Shown here: positions 35,951 to 47,444 of the stretch, piece after piece
Numbering within the stretch: the stretch's first letter is position 1
How the letters are laid out: each line of letters opens with the position of its first letter
Assembly (NCBI GenBank): GCA_963822965.1
Contig: CAWGJT010000006.1
Location: forward strand, 532,982-596,981
Length of the DNA stretch: 64,000 nt
Direction of reading: 5' to 3'
DNA from: an uncultured delta proteobacterium
Lineage (GTDB): Bacteria; Myxococcota_A; UBA9160; UBA4427
Notes under the pieces: model-generated
What the model was told of the DNA's origin: nothing
The model's database searches: none
The model's input: the letters and a program-made list of their open reading frames with translations, nothing else
Made by a program: the position numbers and the translations under genes

Positions 35951-36943
35951 ATGCCCACGCCCATCGCACCCCTGTGCCTCCTGACCTGCGAATCGGGCCG
36001 CCCGTTCGCGACCGCCGTGGCCGAAGAGCTGGGCCAGCCGCTGGTTCCCACGAGCGAGTCCTGGTTCGCCTGCGGCGAGGGCAAGCTCGTCATCGACGCG
36101 AACATCCGCGGCTGCGACGCCTACGTGTTCCAGTCCTGCATCGGCGATCACGACGACCTCTCGGTCTACGAGCGCTTCGTGATGCTGCTGCACGCCGTCG
36201 AGGCGGCGAAGCTGTCCGACGCGCTGTTCGTGACCGCCGTCCTGCCCTACTACCCCGGCGCGAGGCAGGACAAGCGCAAGGGACGCACCCGAGAAGGCAT
36301 CAGCGCGGGCCTGTTCGCGCGCATGCTCTCCGTGGCGGGCGCCCACCGGGTGCTGACGGTCGAGATCCACAACGACGCCATCGCCGGCATGTTCGACGCG
36401 AGCCAGACCACCCTCGAGACGGTCTACCTCACCAAGCACATGGTGGGCTGGATGAACGAGCACGGCATCAGCGCGGGCGTCGTGGTGGCGCCGGACGTGG
36501 GCGGGATGGAGCGCGCGCGCTGGTACGCGGAGAAGCTGTCGGCGGACCTCGCCGCGCTCTCCAAGGAACGGGACTACTCGCGCCCGAACGCCGTCGTCCG
36601 CTCCACCCTGATCGGCGAGGTCGCCAATCGAGACGTCCTGCTGGTGGACGACATCGTCGACACCGCGGGCTCCGTGGTGGCCGCCATCGACGAGCTGAAG
36701 TCGCACGGTGCCCGGAACATCACCGTCGCCTGCGCACACCCCCTGCTCTCGGGGCCCGCCTGGGACCGGCTCTCGGCGCTCTACGATCGCGCCACCGGCG
36801 AGGGCTGGGACTTCAAGCTCGTCGGCACATCCTCGGTGCTCCACCAGAAGGTGCCGGGATGGTATCTCCACTATCCCATCGAGCCCCTGATGGCGCAGGT
36901 GATCACGAAGATCAACCGGCGAGGCAGCGTGACCGGCCTCTGA
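35951..36943 (+). CDS. prs: ribose-phosphate pyrophosphokinase (PRPP synthetase) family
   Basis: PYYPGARQDKR, VLTVEIHND, PRPP-binding motif VLLVDDIVDTAGSV. Confidence 0.8.
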   Translation: MPTPIAPLCLLTCESGRPFATAVAEELGQPLVPTSESWFACGEGKLVIDANIRGCDAYVFQSCIGDHDDLSVYERFVMLLHAVEAAKLSDALFVTAVLPYYPGARQDKRKGRTREGISAGLFARMLSVAGAHRVLTVEIHNDAIAGMFDASQTTLETVYLTKHMVGWMNEHGISAGVVVAPDVGGMERARWYAEKLSADLAALSKERDYSRPNAVVRSTLIGEVANRDVLLVDDIVDTAGSVVAAIDELKSHGARNITVACAHPLLSGPAWDRLSALYDRATGEGWDFKLVGTSSVLHQKVPGWYLHYPIEPLMAQVITKINRRGSVTGL

Positions 36944-37007
36944 GCGCGTCCCGGCCGACCCGCGCCGGCGGGTCCGCGCGACACGGGGTGCGATAGAGTT
37001 CGCGGCC

Positions 37008-38392
37008 ATGCACGGACGACGGATCGCGCCCGCCCTGGGCGCCGCCGCCCTGGCCTTCGCGGTGCTGCTCGCCCTGGGCTGGCCGGCGCCGGCCTACGCG
37101 GTCGCGATCGCCGCCATGACCTTCGTCGCCGTCGCCACCCCCGTCTCCGCCAACGTGCAGATCGCCGCGGCCAGCGCCGCGGCCGTCGTGCTGGGCGTGC
37201 TCCCGGACAGCGGCATCGAGCAGGTGCAGATCGTCGGGCGTCTCTTCATCTCGCTGCTCAAGATGCTGATCGCCCCGATGATCCTGCTCTCCATCGTTCA
37301 CGGCATCGCCGGCATGTCGCGCGCCCGGGATTTCGGCCGCATGGGTACGCGCACGGTGGTCCTCTACGTGGCGACCATGGCCCTGGCGGTCCTCACCGGG
37401 CTCGTCTTCGTCAACCTCTTCCAGCCGGGCGCGGGCAGCGAGCTGCGGCACAGCGAGTTCTTCGCGAAGGCCCTGGCGGAGGCCGGGGACCGCCGGCCCC
37501 CACCGACCTCGCCCTCGGCGACGCCGTCGCCCGCATCCTGATGAGCGTCTTCGGCAACCCGATCCGTGCGCTGGCCGACGGGCAGATCCTGCCGATCGTG
37601 ACCTTCGCGGTGCTCTTCGGCCTGGCCCTGCTGCAGCTCGGCGAGCGCGTGCGACCCCTGGTGGACGTCCTGGGTGCGGCGAACCTGGCGGTGATGCACC
37701 TGATCGGGTGGTTCGTCCGGCTGGCGCCCGTGGGAATCTTCGCGCTCCTCGGCAACCTGATCGCCGGCACGGGCTTCGCCGAGCTCGCCCGCCACCTGGG
37801 CGCGTTCGCCGCCGTGGTGGTCGGCGCCACGCTGGTCCACGCCCTCGTGACCCTGCCGCTGGTGGTTCGATTCGTCGGGGGCGCCTCGCCCCTCGCCTTC
37901 CTGCGCGGCATCCAGCCGGCGCTCTGGGTCGCCTTCTCCACGAGCTCGAGCGCGGCCACCCTGCCGGTCACGACCCGCTGCGTCGAGGACGATCTCGCCG
38001 TCCCGACCGAGGTCGCGAGCTTCGTGCTGCCCCTGGGCGCCACCGTGAACATGGACGGCACCGCCCTGTACGAGGCCATCGCCGCCATCTTCGTGGCGAA
38101 CATCTACGGCATGGAGCTTCCCCTGGCGAGCCAGCTCGTCGTCTTCGCGATCGCCATGGTGTCGGCCATCGGCGCACCGGGCATTCCGTCGGCGGGCATG
38201 GTGACGATGGTGGTGGTGCTGGAGGCGGTGGGGCTCCCCGCGGAGGCGGTGGCGTTGCTGCTCACCATCGACCGGGTGCTCGACACGATCCGCACGATGA
38301 CGAACGTGGAGGGGGACGCGGCCGTGGCCCTGTGCGTGGCACGCCTGGGCCCCGCCCGCGCGCCCAATGCCCCGAGCGCGGTGAACCGATAA
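37008..38392 (+). pseudogene. dicarboxylate/amino acid:cation symporter (DAACS, GltP/DctA family) with a -1 frameshift at a C5/G4 run near 37485-37501 (or homopolymer indel)
   Basis: N-terminus is ORF 37008..37541 up to ...FQPGAG. The conserved continuation TDLALGDAVARILMSVFGNPIRALADGQILPIVTFAVLFG... sits in the frame of ORF 37541..38392 (AATLPVTTRC, GATVNMDGTALYEAIAAIF, PSAGMVTMVVVL motifs). Confidence 0.55.
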
Positions 38393-38424
38393 GCTCCGGC
38401 TTCCCCGCGCCGCACAGGAGAAGC

Positions 38425-39819
38425 ATGGCCAGCCTCGACGGCGCGCTCGCGCCCGCCGCCTCCCGAAGCGAGCGGCTCTCCCTCCCCGTGATCCTCGCCT
38501 ACTGCCTCCCGACCGTGGGCTGTGGCTTCATGTTCCTGCTCATCGGGCTGTACCTGATGAAGTTCGCGACCGACGTGCTGCTCATCGCGCCGGCCGCAAT
38601 GGGGACGATCTTCGGCCTGTCGCGCATCTGGGACGCGGTCTCGGATCCCATCGCCGGCTATCTCAGCGATCGCACGAATCACCCGGCGGGACGACGCAGG
38701 CCCTGGATCTTCGCCTCGACGATCCCCATCGGGCTGGCGTACTGGATGGCCTGGAGCCCCCCGGAATCCCTGACCGGCACACCGCTCACCCTGTGGATGG
38801 GCGTCGGCATCTTCGGCTTCTACTCGGCCATGACCATCTTCATCGTGCCCCACATGTCCCTGGGCGCCGAGCTCACCGCCGACTATCACGAGCGGAGCCG
38901 CATCTTCGGGTTCCGCCACGTGGGCTGGACGATCGGCTCGATTCTCGCGCTGGCGGGCATGGCGGTGCTGATCCAGGCCGAGGGATCGTCTCCCGCGGCG
39001 TCACGCCAGGCGGCCTCCCAGCTCGCCGTCGGCGCCGCGCTGGTGACGGTGCTGCTCGTCGGCTGGGCCGCCCTCCGCCTGCGCGAACGACCGGAGTTCC
39101 GGGGGCGCGGCTCGGACCATCCCTTCCGGGCCTTCGCGGACGTCTGGAGGAATCCGCACGCCCGACTTCTGCTCATCGTCACCGGCGTGGAGAACCTGGG
39201 GAGCGCAACCATCGGCATCCTCACGCTCTACGTGGCGCAGTACGTCGTGGAGGCGCCGCAGCTCGCGCCGGTCTTCATCCTCTGTTACATGGTGCCGTCC
39301 TTCGCCTCGGTGCCGATGTGGATCCCGATCTCGCGGCGCGTCGGCAAGAAGCACCTGTGGACCGCGTCGCTGGTGCTCACGGGCTTCTCGTTCGGCGGCA
39401 TGTTCTTCCTGGGCAAGGGCGACGTCTGGCAGATCGCCCTGCTGGCCGTGTCGGCCGGGCTGGCGGCGGGTGCGGGCGGCACCATCGGCCCGTCGATCCA
39501 GGCCGACGTCATCGACTACGACGAGTACGAGACGGGACAGCGCAAGGAGGGGGCCTACTTCTCCGCCTGGAACTTCGTCTTCAAGACCGCCTTCGGCGTC
39601 ACCCTGATGCTCACGGGGTACGTGCTCGAGCTGTCGGGCTTCGTTCCCAACGTCGAGCAGACCGAGGGCGTGAAGCTGGCCCTGCGCTCGCTCTACGGCG
39701 CCTACCCCTTCGTCTGCTACCTGGGCGCCGCTGCGCTCTTCTCGCGCTTCCGCCTGGACGAGGTCGAGTACACCCGCATCCGGGAAGAGCTGGGGAGGCG
39801 CGCGCTCGAGACGCGCTGA
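38425..39819 (+). CDS. MFS transporter, GPH family (sugar/glycoside:cation symporter-like)
   Basis: ACAGGAG RBS + ATG; ...LIAPAAMGTIFGLSRIWDAVSDPIAGYLSDRTNHPAGRRRPW...; 12 TM; paralog of the partial gene at 1-862. Confidence 0.8.
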   Translation: MASLDGALAPAASRSERLSLPVILAYCLPTVGCGFMFLLIGLYLMKFATDVLLIAPAAMGTIFGLSRIWDAVSDPIAGYLSDRTNHPAGRRRPWIFASTIPIGLAYWMAWSPPESLTGTPLTLWMGVGIFGFYSAMTIFIVPHMSLGAELTADYHERSRIFGFRHVGWTIGSILALAGMAVLIQAEGSSPAASRQAASQLAVGAALVTVLLVGWAALRLRERPEFRGRGSDHPFRAFADVWRNPHARLLLIVTGVENLGSATIGILTLYVAQYVVEAPQLAPVFILCYMVPSFASVPMWIPISRRVGKKHLWTASLVLTGFSFGGMFFLGKGDVWQIALLAVSAGLAAGAGGTIGPSIQADVIDYDEYETGQRKEGAYFSAWNFVFKTAFGVTLMLTGYVLELSGFVPNVEQTEGVKLALRSLYGAYPFVCYLGAAALFSRFRLDEVEYTRIREELGRRALETR

Positions 39820-39832
39820 GCGCACGGGGCGA

Positions 39833-40930
39833 TCAGCCGGCGAGCTCCTCGAGCACGTCGACGATGCGCACCACCGGATCATGGGACTCGGCGGCGGTCA
39901 TGGCACCCACCAGCTCCGCCCGGCGGTCGAGGACGCTGCGAACGGCCGCCAGCAGCGAGGTGGCGTCCAGCGACTCCTGCTCGAGAACCAGCCCGTAGCC
40001 CTTCTCCGCGAACAGCCGGGCGTTGTCGATCTGGTCGCCCCGGCTCGCCGCGCGCGGCAGCGGGATCACCACCGCAGGCTTGCGTAGGGCGAGCAGCTCG
40101 GCGAGGGAGTTGGCGCCGGCCCGCGACACCACCACGTCCGCGCACGCGAAGGCGTCGCCGAACTCCGCGTCGAGGTACTCGTACTGGCGGTACTCGTCGC
40201 GCCCCTCGAGCGCCGGGTCGAGGTTTCCCGCGCCGCACACGTGCAGCACCTGCAGATCGCCGGGCAGCGCCGGCAGCGCCGCGCGCAGCGCGTCGTTGAT
40301 GGCGCGGGCGCCCTGGCTGCCGCCGAACACGAGCACCGTCCGGCGCGCCGGGTCGAGACGGAAGCGGGCCAGGCCCTGCTGGCGATTCCCCGCCCGCAGC
40401 GCCGCGCGTACGGGCGTGCCCGTGTATACGGCGTCGCGAGCGCCGAGTCGCTGGCGCGTCTCGCGGAAGGCCAGACAGATGCGGCGCGCGAAGGGAAACG
40501 AGAGCCGGTTCGCCAGGCCCGGGGTGAGATCCGATTCGTGGACCACCACCGGGACACGGTTCAGCCAGGCGCCCACCACCACCGGCACGCCCACGAAGCC
40601 GCCCTTCGAGAAGACGACGGCCGGCGACAAGCGGTGGATCAGCAGGATCGCCTGCGCCACGCCGAGCAGGATGCGGAAGGGATCGAGCCAGTTCTCGAGG
40701 CTGCGATAGCGGCGCAGCTTGCCGGTCTGCACGCCGTGGTACGGCAGCCCGGCTTCCTCGGCGAGACGCCGCTCGATGCCGCCCAGCGATCCCACGTAGA
40801 TCGGCTCGAAGCCCCGCGCACGAAGCTCGGGAAGCAGCGCGAGGTTCGGGGTGACGTGACCCGCGGTGCCGCCGCCGGTCAGCACGATCCGGCGCCGCGC
40901 ACCCTTGTCGCTCGTGGCCAATGTGATCAC
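39833..40930 (-). CDS. murG: MurG-family (GT28) UDP-GlcNAc transferase
   Basis: IVLTGGGTAGHVTP motif; C-terminal UDP-sugar binding region; GTG 40930 or TTG 40921 start; stands alone rather than in a dcw cluster. Confidence 0.75.
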   Translation of the reverse strand: MITLATSDKGARRRIVLTGGGTAGHVTPNLALLPELRARGFEPIYVGSLGGIERRLAEEAGLPYHGVQTGKLRRYRSLENWLDPFRILLGVAQAILLIHRLSPAVVFSKGGFVGVPVVVGAWLNRVPVVVHESDLTPGLANRLSFPFARRICLAFRETRQRLGARDAVYTGTPVRAALRAGNRQQGLARFRLDPARRTVLVFGGSQGARAINDALRAALPALPGDLQVLHVCGAGNLDPALEGRDEYRQYEYLDAEFGDAFACADVVVSRAGANSLAELLALRKPAVVIPLPRAASRGDQIDNARLFAEKGYGLVLEQESLDATSLLAAVRSVLDRRAELVGAMTAAESHDPVVRIVDVLEELAG

Positions 40931-41099
40931 CCCCCTGACCGGTCGCGGCTCGACCGGCGCCCGAGCATGCCGAATGGGCCCGCGGCGCGCCCCCACGCGC
41001 TCGCACCCCGCTCTCGCTTCCGCCACGGGAAGAAGATCAAGTCCCCCGGGGAGAGTGCCGATCGACCGGCGGGAGGAGAGCGTGAACTTCTACCTGCTG

Positions 41100-42833
<1,734 letters not shown>

Positions 42834-42857
42834 GGCGTCCCTGGCCCCGAGGACGGA

Positions 42858-44300
42858 TCAGGGCTGGGTCTGGGCCGGCCTCCAGTTGCCGTGGAAGCCG
42901 TAGGGGATGCGGTGCGGGAGCTTCACCGTCGCCAGGGGCTTCGCATCCACGTTGCACGCGTCGAGGACGAGGAGGTCGCTGCGATTCGCCGCGCCCCGAT
43001 GCACGAGCACCAACACGAAGCCGTCCCCCTCCTCGGCTTCCGCGCTTCGCGGAACGAACACCGGCTCGCCCAGGGTGTCGCCCTCGGGCAGCCGGTGCAT
43101 CCGCTTCTTGCCGGTGGCGAGATCGTAGTGGAGCACCGCGTCGAACCCCGGACGCGAATCGAAGTCCCGATCTCGAGGACGCGAGCCGCCGCCGCTGTAG
43201 CCGTGGCGATAGGTCTTGCCCGCATGGCGTTCGTCGAGACGCGGAAACTCGCAGGGACAGTCGTCCAGGGCCTCTTCCTTCACGGTGCCGCTCGTCAGGT
43301 CGATCGTCCAGCGGTGGAGCGTCGCCGGCGCCGAGCCCTCGACGCCGAAGAACGGGAGCCGCGGGTAGCGGGCGACCTCGGCGATCACCCGCTGTCCGTC
43401 GCTGTGCGCGTTCATGGGGTGGAAGACGTAGCAGGGATCGCTCTGGACCCAGACCACGTCGGCGCTGCCCCCGTCCCGCGGCATCACGCCGATGTGGGTG
43501 CCCGCCTCGGGGCGCCACACCAGCGGGGAGCCCGTCTTCTCGATGGCTTCGAGGTCGAAGACCGCGGGGAACACGGGGAAGATCACGTGGGACTCGGTGG
43601 TGATGAAGTCGTGCATCATGCTGGCGAAGGGGACGTCGATCTCGACGCTGCGAACGAGGCGTCCGGCGGCATCCACCACCATGTAGGTGAGGAAGGGCGG
43701 CAGCGGCGCGTAGGCGAACATCAGCATCTCGCCCGAATCGGGGTCCATCTTCGGGTGCGCGGTCATGATGCCGGGCACGATCCCGCTGTCGTTGCCCGCG
43801 AGCGCGGGATCCAGGTGACGGACGAGCTTTCCCTCGAAGTCCCACAGTCCCCGGGTCTCGAGGCTCAGCGGGTCGAGCTCGTGGGGCGGTCCGGCCTCCC
43901 ACAGGGCCAGGAGCCGCCCGCCGTGCCACACGATGTTCGTGTTGGCCGCATTCCCGCTGACGCCGGCGATGCGTTCGTCGCCCGCCGTCATGTCGGCGAG
44001 CCCGCCGAAGAGCGCCTGGCCCGCCTCGCCCTCGCGCCGGAAGCGCTCGGTCTGGACCCAGCGGTTGCGGTAGTCGCAGTGACCGTCCTCGAAGAAGAAG
44101 CCGTGGATCATCCCGTCGCCGTCGAACCAGTGGTAGCGGCCCCTGGGCGCGAACTGGGGGTTCGGCCCGTTGCGGTAGTAGGCGCCGTTCAGCTCGCGCG
44201 GAATCTCGCCTTCGACGGCCAGGTCGCGGATCTGCCCCTCCATCGGCCAGGGCGCGAAGTTGCCTTCCAGGAACGGGACGGCGGGAAAGGGCTTGCTCAT
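42858..44300 (-). CDS. carotenoid oxygenase family (carotenoid/stilbene cleavage dioxygenase, RPE65-like)
   Basis: His ligands in HWFDGDGMIHG, TAHP, HDF, FHGNW; AGGAG RBS + ATG 44300. Confidence 0.8.
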   Translation of the reverse strand: MSKPFPAVPFLEGNFAPWPMEGQIRDLAVEGEIPRELNGAYYRNGPNPQFAPRGRYHWFDGDGMIHGFFFEDGHCDYRNRWVQTERFRREGEAGQALFGGLADMTAGDERIAGVSGNAANTNIVWHGGRLLALWEAGPPHELDPLSLETRGLWDFEGKLVRHLDPALAGNDSGIVPGIMTAHPKMDPDSGEMLMFAYAPLPPFLTYMVVDAAGRLVRSVEIDVPFASMMHDFITTESHVIFPVFPAVFDLEAIEKTGSPLVWRPEAGTHIGVMPRDGGSADVVWVQSDPCYVFHPMNAHSDGQRVIAEVARYPRLPFFGVEGSAPATLHRWTIDLTSGTVKEEALDDCPCEFPRLDERHAGKTYRHGYSGGGSRPRDRDFDSRPGFDAVLHYDLATGKKRMHRLPEGDTLGEPVFVPRSAEAEEGDGFVLVLVHRGAANRSDLLVLDACNVDAKPLATVKLPHRIPYGFHGNWRPAQTQP

Positions 44301-44971
44301 GCAGGGCTCCTCTTGGCTTCGGGGGAATCGCTGGCTGCCGCACCGCAGGCGCTCTCCACGCAGCGGATGGCCTCGCTCAGATATGCGCCCTCGTCGGCTC
44401 CGTCGCCTTCGATGAAGCAGCTCTGCAGCGCGCCTGCGACGAGCGCATGGCAGAGCTCGGCGACGATGCGGGTGTTCATGGAGCGTGCGGCGCCGAGCGC
44501 GACCGCCGCCTGCAGCGTCTTCTCGAGGGCGGCGACGATGGGATCGTGGGTGCCCGCGCGGACGAGCGGGGCCAGGTCGGGATCGCGCGTCGCGAACGCG
44601 CGATGCAGCTCGCGGTGCTGGCCCACGAAGGCGAAGCCCGCCTGGATGGCGGCGCGCGGAGACGGGGGTCGTCTCGTGGGGTCGTCGCCGAACATCGCGC
44701 GCACGAACTCGCGGCCGTAGGAGGCGGCCACCGCCCCGAACAGCTCGCGCTTGGAGCGGAAGTGATGGAAGACGATTCCCTCGGAGACGCCGGCTGCCCG
44801 GGCGATGCCCGCGGTGGTCGTCCCCACGTAGCCCCGCTCCGCAAAGAGCCGGGCAGCGGCCGCGGCGATCTGCTCGCGCTTCTCGCCCGGGGCGCGGCGG
44901 CGGGCGTGGGGCGCCGCCCTGCGGGCGGTACCGGAACGGACGCGGCGGGCGGAGGCGCTCGACGAGGTCAC
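44297..44971 (-). CDS. TetR/AcrR family transcriptional regulator
   Basis: HTH YVGTTTAGIARAAGVSEGIVFHHFRSK; stop overlaps the oxygenase start. Confidence 0.75.
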   Translation of the reverse strand: MTSSSASARRVRSGTARRAAPHARRRAPGEKREQIAAAAARLFAERGYVGTTTAGIARAAGVSEGIVFHHFRSKRELFGAVAASYGREFVRAMFGDDPTRRPPSPRAAIQAGFAFVGQHRELHRAFATRDPDLAPLVRAGTHDPIVAALEKTLQAAVALGAARSMNTRIVAELCHALVAGALQSCFIEGDGADEGAYLSEAIRCVESACGAAASDSPEAKRSPA

Positions 44972-44980
44972 TCCCGAAGT

Positions 44981-45003
44981 CTTACTGAGTATGACTCAAT
45001 AAG
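44981..45003. promoter_or_regulatory. near-perfect 21-bp palindrome TTAcTGAGTaTgACTCAaTAA in an AT-rich island; candidate TetR operator / promoter
   Basis: Only markedly AT-rich stretch in the region; sits just upstream (about 10-30 bp) of the TetR start (44971). Confidence 0.45.
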
Positions 45004-45036
45004 CAAGGCCTCGGCGCCGCGCTCGGACCGTGCCCC

Positions 45037-45687
45037 TCAGGCCCGCATGCCCCCGGCTGCGGCGGCCGGGTGGATGCTCTTCTCGGCGCTGGGCCGGGCG
45101 CCCATGCGCTCGAACCAGGCCGTCACGTGGGTGTGGGCGGGGTCGATGGGCTGCCCGACGCTGCCGCCGAAGTCGAGCAGGCAGTAGGCCACGATGTCCG
45201 CCAGGGTCGGGCGGTCGCCGGCAAGGTAGTCCCGATCGGCGATCAGGCGGTCGATGTGGCCGAGGCCCTCCTGGGCGATGGCCTTCCAGTCGTCCACGGC
45301 GGCGGGAACCAGGTGGCGGCGGTCCTTGAACATCGGCTCGCCCACGCCCGAGCGGAACGCGTCGGTCATCGGCCCCGTCACGTGGATCTCCACCCGGCGA
45401 ATCCACATGCGGGTGCGCGCGCGCTCTTCGGGGGTGCTTCCCACGAGCGCGGGCTCGGGATGCAGCTCCTCGAGCAGCTCGCAGATGGCCGTCGTCTCCG
45501 AGACCACGGATCCGTCGTCGAGCACGAGACACGGCATCTCGCCCACCGGGTTCTTCTCGAGGTAAGCCGGCTGGCGGTTCTCGCCGGCCATGATGTCGAT
45601 CTCCTCGGTCGGAATCTCGATGCCCTTCTCGAGCATGAACATGCGGACCAGACGGGGGTTCGGACCGAGGGAGTTGTAGAACTTCAT
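45037..45687 (-). CDS. glutathione S-transferase
   Basis: GST N-terminal thioredoxin-like and C-terminal alpha-helical domains; 216 aa. Confidence 0.8.
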   Translation of the reverse strand: MKFYNSLGPNPRLVRMFMLEKGIEIPTEEIDIMAGENRQPAYLEKNPVGEMPCLVLDDGSVVSETTAICELLEELHPEPALVGSTPEERARTRMWIRRVEIHVTGPMTDAFRSGVGEPMFKDRRHLVPAAVDDWKAIAQEGLGHIDRLIADRDYLAGDRPTLADIVAYCLLDFGGSVGQPIDPAHTHVTAWFERMGARPSAEKSIHPAAAAGGMRA

Positions 45688-45717
45688 GCGAGATCTCCTT
45701 GGGGGAACGAGGGGGGG

Positions 45718-46458
45718 TCAGGCCGAGGACGTCTGAGCCGCCCAGCGGATCCCCCGGCGGAGCAGCTCGTGGAACACCGGCACCTCCCAGGCGCCCCGCT
45801 CCACCACGGGATAGTAGTCGGCGAGCGGCTGCATGTCGTAGTGCCCCCGGCAGTGCCCCAGGGTGAGATAGAGCACCCCGCCCTTCCCCACCGCCTTGCG
45901 GTACATGACGAGGCGGGGCGCATCGTCCGGCCACTCGGCCTCGGCGAATCCGGGGGCCCGCCCCCGGAAGCGCGTCTCGAGCAGGGGCTCCAGCGGGCCG
46001 TGGTACTCGCACAGATACAGCTCGTCGGAGACCTCGAAGGGCTCGATGCCGCGCACGAGGGGGTCGTCCGAGCAGGGGACCACCCGGTACGGAGCGATGG
46101 GCGGGTGCGCGAGGAACTGGCTTCCCAGGGTCTGCATGAGCTGCGGGCACCAGCGGGGCGTCTCGAACGGAGGCCTTCCGGAGAACTCGAGCACCGCGTT
46201 CGTGCCGTGCAGCGCCAGCCAGCGTCCGCCCCCCGCGACCCAGCTCGCGAGGACGCGCTGCTCCTCCTCGCTCGGACGGACGTCGCACGTGTAGGTGACG
46301 AGGAAGTCCGAGGCCGCGATCGCCCCGGTGTCGCGATAGTCGGCGGCGACCCCCGTGCGGATGGACTCGTGCTCCGCCAGCAGCTTCAGCAGCTCGAGGC
46401 GGGCGTAGTCCATGTCGTGGTACTTCCCACCGCAGATCAAGTAGGCGTCGATGGGCAT
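45718..46458 (-). CDS. ThuA-like / class-I glutamine amidotransferase-like domain protein
   Basis: MPIDAYLICGGKYHD..., WLALHG, VLYLTLGH..., GIRWAAQ; matches ThuA family pattern. Confidence 0.6.
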   Translation of the reverse strand: MPIDAYLICGGKYHDMDYARLELLKLLAEHESIRTGVAADYRDTGAIAASDFLVTYTCDVRPSEEEQRVLASWVAGGGRWLALHGTNAVLEFSGRPPFETPRWCPQLMQTLGSQFLAHPPIAPYRVVPCSDDPLVRGIEPFEVSDELYLCEYHGPLEPLLETRFRGRAPGFAEAEWPDDAPRLVMYRKAVGKGGVLYLTLGHCRGHYDMQPLADYYPVVERGAWEVPVFHELLRRGIRWAAQTSSA

Positions 46459-46475
46459 GGGCGGGCGACGGGGCG

Positions 46476-47234
46476 CTAGAAGTTGACGCGCTTCGTGTAG
46501 CCGCCGTCCACTACGAGGTTGACCCCGGTGACGAGGCTCGCAGCCGGGCTCACCAGGAAGGTCACGGCATTCGCCACCTCCTCGGGCGTTCCCAGGCGGC
46601 CCTGGGGACACGTCGCCAGCGTGCTCTCGTACAGGGGCTTCATGTGCTGCTTGATGGTGTCCCAGGCGCCGCCCTCGAAGTAGATCGGCCCCGGAGAAAC
46701 CACGTTCACGCGGATGCCGCGGGGGCCCAGGGCCTGGGAGAGACCGTTCGCGTGGGTGATGAGCGCCGCCTTGATGGCGTTGTACGAGGTCGGCCCCATG
46801 AAGGTCTCGACGGCTGCGGTGGTTCCGATGAACACCACGCTCGCGGCGTCGGACTTCGAAAGGTGGGGCACGGCGGCGTCCACGCTTCGGACCGCGCCCA
46901 TCAGGTCGACCTCGAAGTTGGCCTTCCAGGCCTTCTCGTCCGTGCCGTTGCCACCGCTCGGGTTCGACACCAGGATGTCGAGGCCGCCGAGATCCTCGGC
47001 GGCCGACGCGATCCACTCCTTCAGCGCCTCCCCGTCGGCGACGTCGAGGGCCCGCGCGAAGACCCGGACCCCGCGTCCTTCGAGATCCTTGCGCGCCTTC
47101 TCGAGCTCCTCTGCGTTGCGCGAGCAGATGGCGAGATCGACGCCTTCCGCGGCCAACGCCTCGGCGATCGCACGTCCGATGCCGCGGCTCGCGCCGGTGA
47201 CGATGGCCTTCCTGCCTCGCAGTCCGAGATCCAT
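46476..47234 (-). CDS. SDR family oxidoreductase
   Basis: GRKAIVTGASRGIGRAIA, YNAIK; AGGAGG RBS before ATG 47234. Confidence 0.8.
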   Translation of the reverse strand: MDLGLRGRKAIVTGASRGIGRAIAEALAAEGVDLAICSRNAEELEKARKDLEGRGVRVFARALDVADGEALKEWIASAAEDLGGLDILVSNPSGGNGTDEKAWKANFEVDLMGAVRSVDAAVPHLSKSDAASVVFIGTTAAVETFMGPTSYNAIKAALITHANGLSQALGPRGIRVNVVSPGPIYFEGGAWDTIKQHMKPLYESTLATCPQGRLGTPEEVANAVTFLVSPAASLVTGVNLVVDGGYTKRVNF

Positions 47235-47444
47235 GGGTGTGCCTCCTGGACGAGTGGACGGGTGACGCGACGGCGCGAGCCCTCGCGCGCGGCCCGCGGC
47301 CGCCCCCCCAGTCTCGCAGATCCCGCGCCCGGTGTGCACGGTCCGCGGTACCCGACGTATCCGCGAGCGGCGCTTCCATGTCGGATCCGACGGCTCCCCG
47401 GCTGCCCGCGGCGCGGCCCGCACGCGGGCGATAACGTCGGACCC

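Noticed and set aside
39833-40930. Stand-alone murG as something unusual (outside a dcw cluster)
   Set aside because: GT28 MurG-like paralogs are common. Without the rest of the genome I cannot tell whether this is the primary murG.
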